Assembly (NCBI GenBank): GCA_964403295.1
Contig: CAYOFT010000001.1
Span: 6,815-70,814, forward strand
Source: an uncultured Thermotogaceae bacterium
GTDB taxonomy: Bacteria; Thermotogota; Thermotogae; MWEM01
Reading direction: 5' to 3'
Length of the DNA stretch: 64,000 bases
This document shows, piece after piece, positions 20,355-30,878 of the stretch (the first letter of the stretch is position 1; each line of letters opens with the position of its first letter). The position numbers and the translations under genes are program-made. The notes under the pieces are model-generated. The model saw nothing but the letters and a program-made list of their open reading frames with translations, had not been told where the DNA came from and ran no database searches.

Positions 20355-21107
20355 ATGGATTATCTAAATTCAAAAGTACCAATAGAATCTGTACTTTCCA
20401 TTGGAAAACCTTTGTTGTTGGATATTTCAGACCCTGAGCTGGCGGGTGTGTATAAAAGCAGTATTTTTGAACTGGATTTTCAAAAACAGGTAATGACCAT
20501 AGGCATGCCAAGCTACAAAGGTCAGTTTGTACCCATACCAGCAGGGGTAAGTGCCTATGTCAAGATGTTTGACAGAAGTTCCATGTATGTTTTTATGTCA
20601 AAAGTGATTTCCTATGAGAAGAATAAAGAGGGTTTTTTAATCACATACATGACCATTCCCGGCCAGGCCAGAAAAGTCCAAAGAAGACAATTTGTCAGAA
20701 TTCCCTTCTTTCAAAAGGGGGCTTTTTCTTTGGATCCTTATCCCCCCAAACTCAAATCAGAAGATCTAAAAGATTCAATGTCTGAGCAAAAGCAAGAAAA
20801 AGAGATAACAGAGTATTATTTTATTACCAAGGACTTAAGTGCCAATGGTTTGCAAATAGTGACTAAACCAAGGTTAAATGCCGGGAAGAGAATTTTTCTT
20901 AATTTGGAAATTGGTGGCGGTATTGGTTTGGAAAATCAAGAATCAAAGATTGTGAGAAGGGATGTGTCCGTGGACACTTCCAACAACATATACGGTGTCC
21001 AGTTCATTTCCATGTCAAAAAGCAAAGAGGATAAAATGGTCAAATATATTTTCCACCTTCAACAGGAAAGAAGGAAAAAAGAAAAACAATTGAAAGAGGG
21101 GAGTTAA
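20355..21107 (+). CDS. YcgR/MotI-like PilZ-domain protein (flagellar brake-like)
   Basis: QRRQFVRI and DLSANG motifs. AAAGGA RBS 8 nt before ATG at 20355. Confidence 0.7.
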   Translation: MDYLNSKVPIESVLSIGKPLLLDISDPELAGVYKSSIFELDFQKQVMTIGMPSYKGQFVPIPAGVSAYVKMFDRSSMYVFMSKVISYEKNKEGFLITYMTIPGQARKVQRRQFVRIPFFQKGAFSLDPYPPKLKSEDLKDSMSEQKQEKEITEYYFITKDLSANGLQIVTKPRLNAGKRIFLNLEIGGGIGLENQESKIVRRDVSVDTSNNIYGVQFISMSKSKEDKMVKYIFHLQQERRKKEKQLKEGS

Positions 21108-21111
21108 GCTT

Positions 21112-21726
21112 ATGTCAGTTTACGATAAATTGGAACCATTTCATTTTGAAGCATTAAAGGAAATTGGGAACATTGGAACGGGAAACGCAGCGACTTCATT
21201 GTCAACCATGATGAGTAAAAAAGTAGAGATAACCGTTCCTGATGTATCAGTAGTTGAAATTTCAAAAATACCTTTTATGTTTAAAGATCCCGAAAAAGTT
21301 ACCGTGGGAATTCAAATGAGTTTTTTTGAAGACTTGAACGGTCAACTTCTTTTGATTTTTGATGCAGAACCAGCTAAACAAATATTAAAATTGTTGATAG
21401 GGCAAGGTAGTGAAGATTTAACCCAAATGGATGAAATGCAGCGATCGGTTTTTTCTGAGTTGGGAAATATTGTCTGTGGTTCTTATCTGGTTTCGTTATC
21501 TCAGTTTACCAATCTCAACTTAAATTCAGAAGTCCCTCAAGTCACTTTTGACATGGTATCTGCAATAGTCGCGGAATCATGTTTAACTTATGCGGAAGAG
21601 GAAGATAAAAGCATCGTTATTGAAACAGAATTTGAAATTGAATCTCAAATTAACGTTGATGCCTATCTTTTCCAAATAATGGAACCAAATTCTATCCCGA
21701 AACTATTGAAGAGCATCGGGATGTGA
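21112..21726 (+). CDS. cheC: Chemotaxis CheY-P phosphatase CheC
   Basis: EALKEIGNIGTGNAATSLS motif. Confidence 0.8.
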   Translation: MSVYDKLEPFHFEALKEIGNIGTGNAATSLSTMMSKKVEITVPDVSVVEISKIPFMFKDPEKVTVGIQMSFFEDLNGQLLLIFDAEPAKQILKLLIGQGSEDLTQMDEMQRSVFSELGNIVCGSYLVSLSQFTNLNLNSEVPQVTFDMVSAIVAESCLTYAEEEDKSIVIETEFEIESQINVDAYLFQIMEPNSIPKLLKSIGM

Positions 21727-21731
21727 ATTGA

Positions 21732-22220
21732 ATGGGACAAAAGAAGATCATCGGTATAGGTGAATATGTCGCTGCAAAAAACCCTCAAATCCTTGTAACA
21801 CTCGGATTGGGATCTTGCGTCGGTGTTTGTTTAATTGATAAAAAAGCAGGAGTTGGAGGGTTAATTCATGTCATGTTACCGGATAGTGGTGGAAAAGAAG
21901 TTGCTAAACCTGGGAAGTATGCTGATACCGGGATACCGATTCTCATAGAGGATATGAAAACACTGGGGGCTTCAAGTAGTAATCTGGAAGCGAAAATAGC
22001 CGGTGGTGCTGCCATGTTTCAAAAAAAGGGATCGACCATGGAAGTTGGTAAACGTAATGTAGAAGCAGTTAAAAAGACGCTTTCGGAATTTAAAGTAAGA
22101 ATAAGAGCGGATGATACAGGAGGCAATCGAGCCAGAAGTATTGAGTTTAACATCAGCACAGGCATTCTAAACGTAAGAAAGGTTGGCGGAGGAGAGAAAA
22201 CAGAAGTATCTCAGATCTGA
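21732..22220 (+). CDS. cheD: Chemoreceptor glutamine deamidase CheD
   Basis: GLGSCVGVCL motif. 162 aa. Confidence 0.85.
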   Translation: MGQKKIIGIGEYVAAKNPQILVTLGLGSCVGVCLIDKKAGVGGLIHVMLPDSGGKEVAKPGKYADTGIPILIEDMKTLGASSSNLEAKIAGGAAMFQKKGSTMEVGKRNVEAVKKTLSEFKVRIRADDTGGNRARSIEFNISTGILNVRKVGGGEKTEVSQI

Positions 22221-22230
22221 GGTGTTGTAA

Positions 22231-22974
22231 ATGAATTCTTTTTCCTATGGAAAGTATCAAAAAAATATGTCTTCTAATGAAATGATAAAACATTTTCTTC
22301 CGCGAATCAAGGCAATAGCGGTTTCGCTTAAAAGCTCCTTACCTGAAAACGTTGAGTTGGATGATTTGATACAGGAAGGTTTAATAGGTTTATTAAACGT
22401 TCGTGAGAGATACGATCCGTCAAGAGGAGCGAGTTTTTTCACCTTTGCCATGAAGAGAGTTAGAGGTGCCATGTACGATTATTTAAGAAAGATTGATTGG
22501 ATTCCCCGGAATACTAGACATTTGATGAAAAAGGTTGAATCTGCAATGATTGAATTACAAAATGGAGACGGTGAATTTCCCAGCGCAGAACGGTTGCAAA
22601 AGCACCTTGGATTAAGCGAAAAAGAAGTATCTTTGGCTTTGAATGAAATGTCAAGAAGGCAGTTACTGAATTTGGATGGCTTTTTGTCTGATGATGCTGA
22701 TGATTTTACAGACTTTTTTTCATCCAATTCCAACACACCTGAAGAAATTTATTATAAAGAGGAACTTACAGAGCATCTTAAAGAGGAAATTCAACTTCTA
22801 AAAGAACGGGAACGACAGATATTGTCATTATATTACGTCGAAGAATTGAATTTCAAAGAAATAGCTGAAATACTATCGGTAACCGAATCAAGAATTTCGC
22901 AGATTCACAGAAGTATCATGTTGAAGTTAAAGGAACGAATGAATCTGTTCCTTGGAAGACAAGAGGTGGATTAA
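22231..22974 (+). CDS. fliA: Flagellar sigma-28 factor FliA (SigD)
   Basis: Sigma-70 regions 2 and 4. GAGGTG RBS. Confidence 0.85.
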   Translation: MNSFSYGKYQKNMSSNEMIKHFLPRIKAIAVSLKSSLPENVELDDLIQEGLIGLLNVRERYDPSRGASFFTFAMKRVRGAMYDYLRKIDWIPRNTRHLMKKVESAMIELQNGDGEFPSAERLQKHLGLSEKEVSLALNEMSRRQLLNLDGFLSDDADDFTDFFSSNSNTPEEIYYKEELTEHLKEEIQLLKERERQILSLYYVEELNFKEIAEILSVTESRISQIHRSIMLKLKERMNLFLGRQEVD

Positions 22975-22975
22975 A

Positions 22976-23284
22976 ATGACAGGGCCAGTGGAAATGCAGA
23001 CGAATTATATTAGAGCTCCTCATACAGCTCAACAGATTGGCAATCAAACAAGTGCTGAAAATGCCGCATATACCACAGTCGCTCAAGAACAGTCTCAAGA
23101 AGCAAAAAGACAAACTGAATCAACGAGAAATTCAAAAAAAAGTGAGCAGGAAGAAGCAAAAAATGCTACTGATGAGCAGAAAAAGAATGCTTTTCTTCAA
23201 CGAGATATGAAAGGTAAAAAGAAAAAAGAAGAAAAAATTGTTGAAGATGAATTCAGAGGCCATTTTTTAGATATCCACTTGTAA
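22976..23284 (+). CDS. Hypothetical Lys/Glu-rich low-complexity protein
   Basis: AGAGGTGGA RBS. ATG lies 1 nt after the fliA stop. Confidence 0.45.
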   Translation: MTGPVEMQTNYIRAPHTAQQIGNQTSAENAAYTTVAQEQSQEAKRQTESTRNSKKSEQEEAKNATDEQKKNAFLQRDMKGKKKKEEKIVEDEFRGHFLDIHL

Positions 23285-23335
23285 TATTTTATCCCACAAC
23301 TTTTCAATAAAAAACTATTGACTGAGGTGTTTGAT

Positions 23336-23851
23336 ATGTCCGATGTGAATATGAGCTTGGGTTATTTGATGGTCACCAGAACAACTGAAAATGAATATGT
23401 GGGCGGAATTATGGTGACAGATCCTTATGCTATTCCTGTGGAATTTAAATATTCTGAACCGATTAAGCCTACAGGGCTTCAAAAGATCCTATATGGGAAT
23501 TCCATAGAAAAATATCTGTTGGTGGATGTAATTGCCAAAAAGTTATTGCAAAATATTGAGGAAAAACCAAAGTTTATTTTAATTGAAGATTCAAGATTAT
23601 TGGATATCCAGTTTAAAATGCCGATCATCCATATTAGTATACCTGCAAAGGGTTCTGAAGAAACAAAAGAAGTGAAAATTCGTGAAGAACTGTCCAAAGA
23701 AAACCTGGAAAGTGGCTATGATCTCATTTTTAATGGAACACTTACAAGTGATGATATCAAATGGATTGAAAGAATATCTGATGAAATAGATATCTTAGAG
23801 CCTTTTCATAGACTCAAGGAGGCTTTGAATTACGTTTGCTCAGAAGAATAG
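23336..23851 (+). CDS. Hypothetical protein (about 171 aa)
   Basis: GAGGTG RBS 5 nt upstream of ATG. No recognisable motif. Confidence 0.5.
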   Translation: MSDVNMSLGYLMVTRTTENEYVGGIMVTDPYAIPVEFKYSEPIKPTGLQKILYGNSIEKYLLVDVIAKKLLQNIEEKPKFILIEDSRLLDIQFKMPIIHISIPAKGSEETKEVKIREELSKENLESGYDLIFNGTLTSDDIKWIERISDEIDILEPFHRLKEALNYVCSEE

Positions 23852-24819
23852 GTCAGTTTTTCAGAGATTTATCCGAAACGATTAAAAGAGAACGGGGCAA
23901 ACTTCAGATCAACTCAAACCCGGTTGGATTTAAGCTAAAAACCGGCTCACTCTCCTCAACGGAAGATGATATAATTATTCAGGACAGCCGTACGCTTCAA
24001 CAGATGTTTTTTTCACTGGACATTAAAGATGATATACCTGAAGTTATGATTAAAGGAGAATCCGAACATACACATTCTCCCAGGGTATCTACCGCAACAA
24101 TCTCTTTTAAACCTGAATTCAAAAAAATGATGGACAACAATACGTATCAGCCCATTAGGAATGCTAGGTTTGAAATTAATCAAGATATCTCTTTTAAAGA
24201 GTCTGAGTTTAATCAATTTCAAAATCTTAATCTGGTAACAGACCATTTTGACAACAAGGAGATTAATGAATTTCAGGTCAAGGAATTATCTGAGATAAAT
24301 GTCTTTCGTTTTTCAGTTCAGACGGATGTGTTAGGAACGCATAAAACGGTTGTAAATAACGGTAATATGAAAACTGAGACGGTTATTCATGATTTGGAAA
24401 CTGAGTATGAACAAATGCAACAAGCCTCCTTTCATTTTGAAAATTCCACCGTGTTCAACGCTTTAGTAGAAGATTACAAAATGACTCCCAGTGTCAGGTG
24501 TCAACATAGTCTTGGATGTGTTATGAGATACCCTATTAAACGATTCAGGGTATCCAAAAGCGGTTATGAGAGAGAAGAACTCAAACGTGCACTTAGTTTT
24601 ATTGTGAAAAGATATGAAAGTACCGGAAAATTAAGTATTGTTGGTATTTATAAGAACGTTCCCATTGATAATGCAGAAAGATTGACTTTTACTAAAGACA
24701 ATGAACTGTATTTTTATCTGAAGAAAGGGAATGTCGGGCGTTCTATACTGATGGATGTTTTAGTCGTTAAAACAAAAGAGGGAAGATACCATGTTGGTCC
24801 AATCATTAGAAAAACTTAA
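23836..24819 (+). CDS. Hypothetical protein (about 327 aa)
   Basis: Only a TTG start is available, with the RBS 16 nt upstream. Start uncertain. No recognisable motif. Confidence 0.45.
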   Translation: MLRRIGQFFRDLSETIKRERGKLQINSNPVGFKLKTGSLSSTEDDIIIQDSRTLQQMFFSLDIKDDIPEVMIKGESEHTHSPRVSTATISFKPEFKKMMDNNTYQPIRNARFEINQDISFKESEFNQFQNLNLVTDHFDNKEINEFQVKELSEINVFRFSVQTDVLGTHKTVVNNGNMKTETVIHDLETEYEQMQQASFHFENSTVFNALVEDYKMTPSVRCQHSLGCVMRYPIKRFRVSKSGYEREELKRALSFIVKRYESTGKLSIVGIYKNVPIDNAERLTFTKDNELYFYLKKGNVGRSILMDVLVVKTKEGRYHVGPIIRKT

Positions 24820-27800
24820 AACCAAAAAAATCTCAAAAAGAAGTATGATCGTTGCAGGTGAAAACGGTTTTTACGACAAGTTACCTGGGATTGTACAAGC
24901 TTTACTGGAAACCGTTAACGAACCGGTTGTGATTGTACTTCCGGATTTAAAATATTATCGAAGATTTTTGGAGGCTGTCAATCAGGATCAGTTCGCTATG
25001 TATCCCCCTTTGGACGTTTTACCATTTGAACCGGTGGGGGCATCTTATTCAACATTAAGAGCAAGAATGAAAACGCTTTTGAGTGATCGCAACGAGACAA
25101 AACCTATTGTAACAACTTCTATGGGATTACTTCAAAAGACGATCAGTTCACAAGAACTCAAGGAAAAAATGTTACCCGTTACAATTTCTGAGAGAATTGG
25201 AATGAGTACGATCAGAGATTTTTTAAAAAAAACAGGTTATGAGTATGTCTTCTCAGTTAAAAATCCCGGAGAGTTTTCTGTTAAAGGTTTTATTGTTGAT
25301 TTTTTTCCGCTTCATTCAGAGAATCCCATAAGAATTGAGTTTTTTGATGATGAGATTACAGAGATAAGAACTTTTCATCCTGAAACGCAACGAATGATTG
25401 AAAAGCTTGATCATTGCCTAATTACTCCTGCGAAAGAGCTGGTTTTTGATCAGGATAACGAAATGGCTTTTTCCGAAAGAATAAGAAAACTAAAAGACAA
25501 GTATCCCAATAGTGAATTTCTGGAAGACCTTGAACAACATCCATTAGATTATTCAGCACTTTCTGCGATTTTTTTAAAAGAATCGGTACCCGCTATTTCC
25601 CTTTTTTCAGATCGTAAATTTATCTTTGTTGATCTGGAAGATTCTTTGGAAGCGATCAAACAATATGAAAAAGACCTTTTTGAAATCTTTCCCGGAACAG
25701 AATATCGGGAAATCTATTATCACTTTTTAAGGATAAGTGAATCCATGCTCTTACGAGTAGGGGAATGGATCAACTTAACAAAAATAGAACCTCAGTTTGA
25801 TGATGCTTCTTTGAATTTGGGTGTTTATGAGTTAATCAAACTCAATACGGATGGCATCAAGCCTTCAAAGAAAATTAGGAAGACCTCGAAATTTCTAGAA
25901 TATGAAACAGAAAAAATTATTGATGAAGATAATCTGGAAATGGAGACCCTCATTGTTCATGAGGATTATGGCGTAGGTAGATACAAAGGAAATGAAGTTA
26001 TAACCAACTATGCTGGAACGCGTGAGTATTTGAAACTGGAATACGCTGATGGAGTAACCATCTTTGTCCCAGTTGAAAATATCGACAGAATTCACACCTA
26101 TGTGGGTGATGAAAATCTTGTCAAATTGACAAACCTAAAAAGTAAAACGTGGTCCAACACCAAAAAGAAAGTTCGGGAAGATATTGAACAAAAGATAGAA
26201 GAACTGATCAAATTGTATGCCATCAGAACACATGCACAAGGACTTTCTTTATTGGGAGAACCGGAACTGGAAAAAAGATTTTTTGATAGTTTTCCTCATA
26301 TTGAAACAAATGCACAGGATAAAGCGATTGAAGAAGTATTTAAGGACATGGAAGCGACACAACCCATGGATAGACTGATTTTTGGCGATGCGGGATCAGG
26401 TAAAACAGAAGTTGCAATGAGAGCTGCATTTAGGGCAGTTTGTTCAGGGCATCAAGTTGCTATGCTTGTTCCCACAACAGTTTTGGCAAAACAGCATTTC
26501 AGCCAATTTCATCAAAGAATGTCAGAATTTGGCTTAGCCGTCAGGTTATTGGATCGATTTGTGACAGCAAAGCAAAGAAGTGAAATTAAAAAGGGTTTAA
26601 ATGAAGGAACAATTGATATAGTCATTGGAACCCATTCCCTTCTATCCAAAAATATCAAATATCTGAATCTGGGATTGCTGATTATAGATGAAGAGCAGAA
26701 ATTCGGTGTGCTTCAAAAGGAAAAAATAAAATCTTTTAAAGAGAAAATTGATGTTTTAACGCTTTCTGCTACACCAATACCCAGAACATTATATATGGGT
26801 CTTTCCGGTATAAAAAACATGTCCATCATCGATACACTTCCACCGGGAAGAATCCCAATCGAAGTGACGAGTTCCCCCTATAATGAAAAATTGATAAAAA
26901 CCGCTGTTTTAAGGGAAGTCTCCCGAGGGGGACAAGTCATTTATGTTCATAATCGGGTGGAGGATATCGAAGAGATTTTTGAAGGTCTCCAAAAGATGCT
27001 CCCGGACATTACCTGCGGGCTCGCTCACGGGCAGATGAAAAAGAGCCAATTTGAAAGTTCTGTAAAAGCATTTTATGAGGGAGAAACAGACATGCTGATT
27101 TGTACTACCATTATTGAAAGCGGTGTGGATATACCCAATGCGAACACCCTTATTATAGACGATGCACACCGGTACGGATTATCTCAACTGTATCAGCTGA
27201 GGGGAAGAGTTGGCAGGAGTGATAGAAGGGCGTATGCTTATTTTCTCTATCCCAGGAAGACAAGACTAAAACCTGAAGCTAAATCCCGTCTGGATGCCAT
27301 CGTTTCCTATCATGGTGCTGGAAGTGGACTTCAACTTTCCATGAGGGACATGGAAATACGAGGCATTGGTAATATCCTGGGAATGGAGCAGCATGGAGAA
27401 ATCAACACCATCGGATTACATCTTTACAGACAGATCCTTGATGATGTGATGGTTAAACATGGCTTGAAAGAAAGTAAACAAGAACAAACAACAGATACAA
27501 AACCATCCGTAAATGTTGAGCTGAAAGGTTTCTATTTTGAAATCCTCATTCCCGAAGAGTACATTAATAACAACATCGAAAGGATGAAAATATATAGAAA
27601 AATCGCTCTTTGCGAAAAAATAGAAGATTTCAGCGACATTCAAAAGGAGATAGAAGATCGATTCGGAAAAGCTCCGGATCAAATTAAAAGCTTGTTGTAT
27701 TATTCAAAATTGAAGTTTTTAGCTGGTGCCCTTGGTATTACAACAATTGAAAAAATAACAGGGACAGGACAATATCGATTGATGTTTAAAGACATCAAAT

Positions 27801-27934
27801 CAGCAGATCTTTTTTCTCTTGGAAAACACAGAGGTTTTGTCAATCGTGAGGAACAGCAAGCGATTCTGTTTTCAAAAAAAGATTATGAATTGCATCAATT
27901 ATTTAGCGAGAATTACAAAGGAGATGAACTGTAA
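24791..27934 (+). CDS. mfd: Transcription-repair coupling factor Mfd
   Basis: 1047 aa. GDAGSGKTEVA Walker A, DEEQKFGV, TRCF domain. Confidence 0.95.
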   Translation: MLVQSLEKLKTKKISKRSMIVAGENGFYDKLPGIVQALLETVNEPVVIVLPDLKYYRRFLEAVNQDQFAMYPPLDVLPFEPVGASYSTLRARMKTLLSDRNETKPIVTTSMGLLQKTISSQELKEKMLPVTISERIGMSTIRDFLKKTGYEYVFSVKNPGEFSVKGFIVDFFPLHSENPIRIEFFDDEITEIRTFHPETQRMIEKLDHCLITPAKELVFDQDNEMAFSERIRKLKDKYPNSEFLEDLEQHPLDYSALSAIFLKESVPAISLFSDRKFIFVDLEDSLEAIKQYEKDLFEIFPGTEYREIYYHFLRISESMLLRVGEWINLTKIEPQFDDASLNLGVYELIKLNTDGIKPSKKIRKTSKFLEYETEKIIDEDNLEMETLIVHEDYGVGRYKGNEVITNYAGTREYLKLEYADGVTIFVPVENIDRIHTYVGDENLVKLTNLKSKTWSNTKKKVREDIEQKIEELIKLYAIRTHAQGLSLLGEPELEKRFFDSFPHIETNAQDKAIEEVFKDMEATQPMDRLIFGDAGSGKTEVAMRAAFRAVCSGHQVAMLVPTTVLAKQHFSQFHQRMSEFGLAVRLLDRFVTAKQRSEIKKGLNEGTIDIVIGTHSLLSKNIKYLNLGLLIIDEEQKFGVLQKEKIKSFKEKIDVLTLSATPIPRTLYMGLSGIKNMSIIDTLPPGRIPIEVTSSPYNEKLIKTAVLREVSRGGQVIYVHNRVEDIEEIFEGLQKMLPDITCGLAHGQMKKSQFESSVKAFYEGETDMLICTTIIESGVDIPNANTLIIDDAHRYGLSQLYQLRGRVGRSDRRAYAYFLYPRKTRLKPEAKSRLDAIVSYHGAGSGLQLSMRDMEIRGIGNILGMEQHGEINTIGLHLYRQILDDVMVKHGLKESKQEQTTDTKPSVNVELKGFYFEILIPEEYINNNIERMKIYRKIALCEKIEDFSDIQKEIEDRFGKAPDQIKSLLYYSKLKFLAGALGITTIEKITGTGQYRLMFKDIKSADLFSLGKHRGFVNREEQQAILFSKKDYELHQLFSENYKGDEL

Positions 27935-28795
27935 ATGGATAAAAAAGTCCGAGTAACCGTTCTTATGGATGATCTGGCGGGGAAAATGCGCAATATTCGG
28001 GCTCATCATGGATTATCTTTTTTGTTTGATATCCAGTATCCCGGTGGAAATACTTTTAGGCTGTTATTTGATACGGGTACAAATGGAGAAGACTTAATGA
28101 ATAACATGCGTATTCTTGACGTTGATCCTGAAACCATTGATGCGGCTATGATTACCCACAAACATTATGATCATCTGGGAGGATTACCACAGGTTTTGGA
28201 AGCAAGAACTAAACCGTTAACTGTATTTATTGGTCAGGATTTTTTTGTCCCTTCTTTTTCAAGTAATCCCTGGAAATACGCAGGAGCTGAGTATACAAAA
28301 GCAGAAATGGAAAAGAAAGGCGCGAATTTTGTTGAATTAAGAGCACCTTTTGAAATTTCACCGGATTTATTGATTAGTGGTAGCTTTCATAATGTCGACA
28401 GGCATTTCGAAAATATCCAAGGTTACTCGAGAATTGTAAACGGAGAGCCAGATGAAGATCATCAACAGGAGGAAATAGCCCTTTATATCACTGAAGGAGA
28501 GCGTGTGCATGTGTTTTCAGGGTGCTCACATTCAGGGATTGTCAACATTTGTCAAGATGCATTGATAAAGACCAATAAGGAAAGAATCGGATTGATCATG
28601 GGTGGATTTCACTTTGTTAATTCATCCACTGCATCCATCAACGAGAACATAAAAGCACTTGAAAAATTCGAGCCGGTTGCCGTTTTGGCAGGGCATTGTA
28701 CAGGCTTTACAGGTCTTTCTCTTCTATTCAGCGCTTTCGGTAAACGTTTTTCCAGATATGCCTGTTCAGACCGGTTTAATTTGATTAGAGACTAA
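27935..28795 (+). CDS. Metallo-beta-lactamase-fold hydrolase
   Basis: HKHYDHLGG motif. ATG immediately after the mfd stop. Confidence 0.75.
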   Translation: MDKKVRVTVLMDDLAGKMRNIRAHHGLSFLFDIQYPGGNTFRLLFDTGTNGEDLMNNMRILDVDPETIDAAMITHKHYDHLGGLPQVLEARTKPLTVFIGQDFFVPSFSSNPWKYAGAEYTKAEMEKKGANFVELRAPFEISPDLLISGSFHNVDRHFENIQGYSRIVNGEPDEDHQQEEIALYITEGERVHVFSGCSHSGIVNICQDALIKTNKERIGLIMGGFHFVNSSTASINENIKALEKFEPVAVLAGHCTGFTGLSLLFSAFGKRFSRYACSDRFNLIRD

Positions 28796-28881
28796 ATCGT
28801 TTCACACTATCCGCTGGATAATCGTAACATACACGTAATTAAAAATTTGTTGAAGTTTTTCTAAGCTGTCATAACACCATG

Positions 28882-28910
28882 TTGACTAAAAAACCAATTT
28901 CGGTTATACT
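28882..28910 (+). promoter_or_regulatory. Putative sigma-70 promoter of ffh operon (TTGACT-17-TATACT)
   Basis: Motifs at 28882-28887 and 28905-28910. Confidence 0.5.
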
Positions 28911-28939
28911 CACTGTGGCTCTTAGGAGGAGTGAGTATT

Positions 28940-30265
28940 TTGTTTGAAAACTTACAGGATAAACTCTCAAAGGCCTTTAAAACATTAAAAGGCCAAGGTA
29001 AAATAAGCGAAAAAAACATAAAAGAAGCCATCAGAATGGTCAAAATGTCCCTGCTGGAGGCAGATGTTAATTATAAGATCGTAAAAACCTTTATTGGGAA
29101 AGTAAAGGAAAAGGCCATGGGTGAAGAGGTTATGCAGAGCCTCACTCCCGATCAGCAATTCATAAAGATTGTAAATGAAGAACTGACAAAGTTGATGGGT
29201 GAAAAAACAGAAAAACTCAAATTTGTCCACCGGCCTTCCTATTTGATGATGGTTGGTCTTCAGGGAAGTGGTAAGACAACAACAGCAGCCAAACTTTCCA
29301 GGAAGTTAAAATCAGACGGCAAAAAGGTATTGCTTGTAGCTGCAGATGTTTACAGACCAGCAGCCATAGATCAGTTAGAAGTTTTGGGAGAGGAAATTGG
29401 AGTTGAAGTTTTTGCGGGAGATCGGAAAAACGCATTAAAGATTGTTGAAGACGCCCAGGAAGTTGCAGTGAGAAAAAATGCTGATTGCGTTGTTTTAGAC
29501 ACCGCAGGTAGATTGCATATTGACGAAAAGATGATGGGCGAACTGGAAAACATCAAAGAAATGGTGACCCCTGATGAAATCCTGATGGTTATCGATTCAA
29601 TGATTGGACAGGATGCATTAACAACGGCAAAGACCTTTAATGAGAGACTAGAAGTAACAGGTTTTGTTTTGACAAAACTTGATGGAGATGCCAGAGGGGG
29701 TGTTGCCCTTTCTATTAGAGAAGAAACGGGAAAGCCCATTAAGTATGTCGGTATCAGTGAAAAAACAGACGGTATCGAAGAATTCCACCCAGATAGAATG
29801 GCCAATCGCATACTTGGGATGGGAGATGTATTAACGCTCATTGAAAAGGTTGAACAGTCCATTGATCAGGAAAAGGCAAAGCAGATGGAGAAAAAGTTTA
29901 AGAAAGCCCAGTTTACATTTGATGACTTTCTTGACCAGTTAAAACAAATACAGAAAATGGGTTCTCTATCTTCCATTTTGGGTATGCTGCCAGGAGCCAA
30001 TAAGATCAAGAATTTGGATGTAGATGAATCACGGCTAAACCACATTAGTGCAATTATTCAATCTATGACTAAAAAAGAGCGTAAAAACCCAAAGATTATC
30101 AACTATTCCAGAAAAAAAAGGATAGCAACCGGTAGTGGACAACCGTTGTCTGAAGTAACCCGTTTGCTTAAGAATTTCGAAGATATGAAAAAAATGATGA
30201 AAAAGATGAACAAAACCGGTTTAAAAGGGTTAAAAGGTTTTTCCGGAAGCGGATTCCCGTTTTAA
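28940..30265 (+). CDS. ffh: Signal recognition particle protein Ffh
   Basis: TTG at 28940 gives MFENLQDKL. AGGAGGA RBS at 28924-28930. GLQGSGKTTT P-loop. M-domain. Confidence 0.95.
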   Translation: MFENLQDKLSKAFKTLKGQGKISEKNIKEAIRMVKMSLLEADVNYKIVKTFIGKVKEKAMGEEVMQSLTPDQQFIKIVNEELTKLMGEKTEKLKFVHRPSYLMMVGLQGSGKTTTAAKLSRKLKSDGKKVLLVAADVYRPAAIDQLEVLGEEIGVEVFAGDRKNALKIVEDAQEVAVRKNADCVVLDTAGRLHIDEKMMGELENIKEMVTPDEILMVIDSMIGQDALTTAKTFNERLEVTGFVLTKLDGDARGGVALSIREETGKPIKYVGISEKTDGIEEFHPDRMANRILGMGDVLTLIEKVEQSIDQEKAKQMEKKFKKAQFTFDDFLDQLKQIQKMGSLSSILGMLPGANKIKNLDVDESRLNHISAIIQSMTKKERKNPKIINYSRKKRIATGSGQPLSEVTRLLKNFEDMKKMMKKMNKTGLKGLKGFSGSGFPF

Positions 30266-30327
30266 ATGAATAATGCAACATAAAAAAATAAATTGCAAAA
30301 ATAAAATTTGAGGAGGTAAATTGAACT

Positions 30328-30639
30328 GTGGTAAGAATCAGATTAACCCGTATGGGTAAAAAGAAGATGCCATTCTATAGAGTGGTTGTGATTGATCAGA
30401 AAAAGAGAAGAGATGGTGCTTATATCGAATCGTTGGGTTTCTACGATCCGATACGTGATCCTGCATTAACAAGAGTTGATGTGGATAAAGCTGTTGAATG
30501 GTTACTTAAAGGTGCACAGCCAACTGAAACAGTAAGAAGCCTTTTTAGAAAACACGGTGTTATGGATCGTTTTACCAAAGCTAAGAATGGAGAGGCTCCT
30601 ATTAAGAAAGAAGAAAACGGAGTTGTAGAAGAAGGATGA
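30328..30639 (+). CDS. rpsP: 30S ribosomal protein S16
   Basis: [21 protein letters not shown]. Confidence 0.9.
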   Translation: MVRIRLTRMGKKKMPFYRVVVIDQKKRRDGAYIESLGFYDPIRDPALTRVDVDKAVEWLLKGAQPTETVRSLFRKHGVMDRFTKAKNGEAPIKKEENGVVEEG

Positions 30640-30866
30640 AGGAAGCACTCGAAACCATCGTAAAAGGGATTGTTAAAAATCCTGATGAAGTGGACATTTT
30701 AGAAACCGAAGAAGAGGGAAACGTGGTATTCGAGTTAGCATTGAACTCTGAAGATGTTGGACAAATTATAGGGAAAAACGGCAGGACCATTAAATCCATT
30801 AATATCCTGTTAAATTCCCTGGCAGGTGCAAAAAACGAGAAGTTTATATTAAAAGTAAAGCGGTGA
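30636..30866 (+). CDS. KH-domain RNA-binding protein (YlqC-like)
   Basis: [12 protein letters not shown] motif. Overlaps rpsP (ATGA). Confidence 0.8.
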   Translation: MKEALETIVKGIVKNPDEVDILETEEEGNVVFELALNSEDVGQIIGKNGRTIKSINILLNSLAGAKNEKFILKVKR

Positions 30867-30878
30867 AGAAAACAATTC

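Noticed and set aside
28931-28939. GTG at 28931 as the ffh start
   Set aside because: It abuts the AGGAGGA RBS with zero spacing. TTG at 28940 gives the canonical MFENL N-terminus with about 10-nt spacing.
29371-29862. 163-aa minus-strand ORF
   Set aside because: It lies antisense inside ffh. Low-complexity translation.
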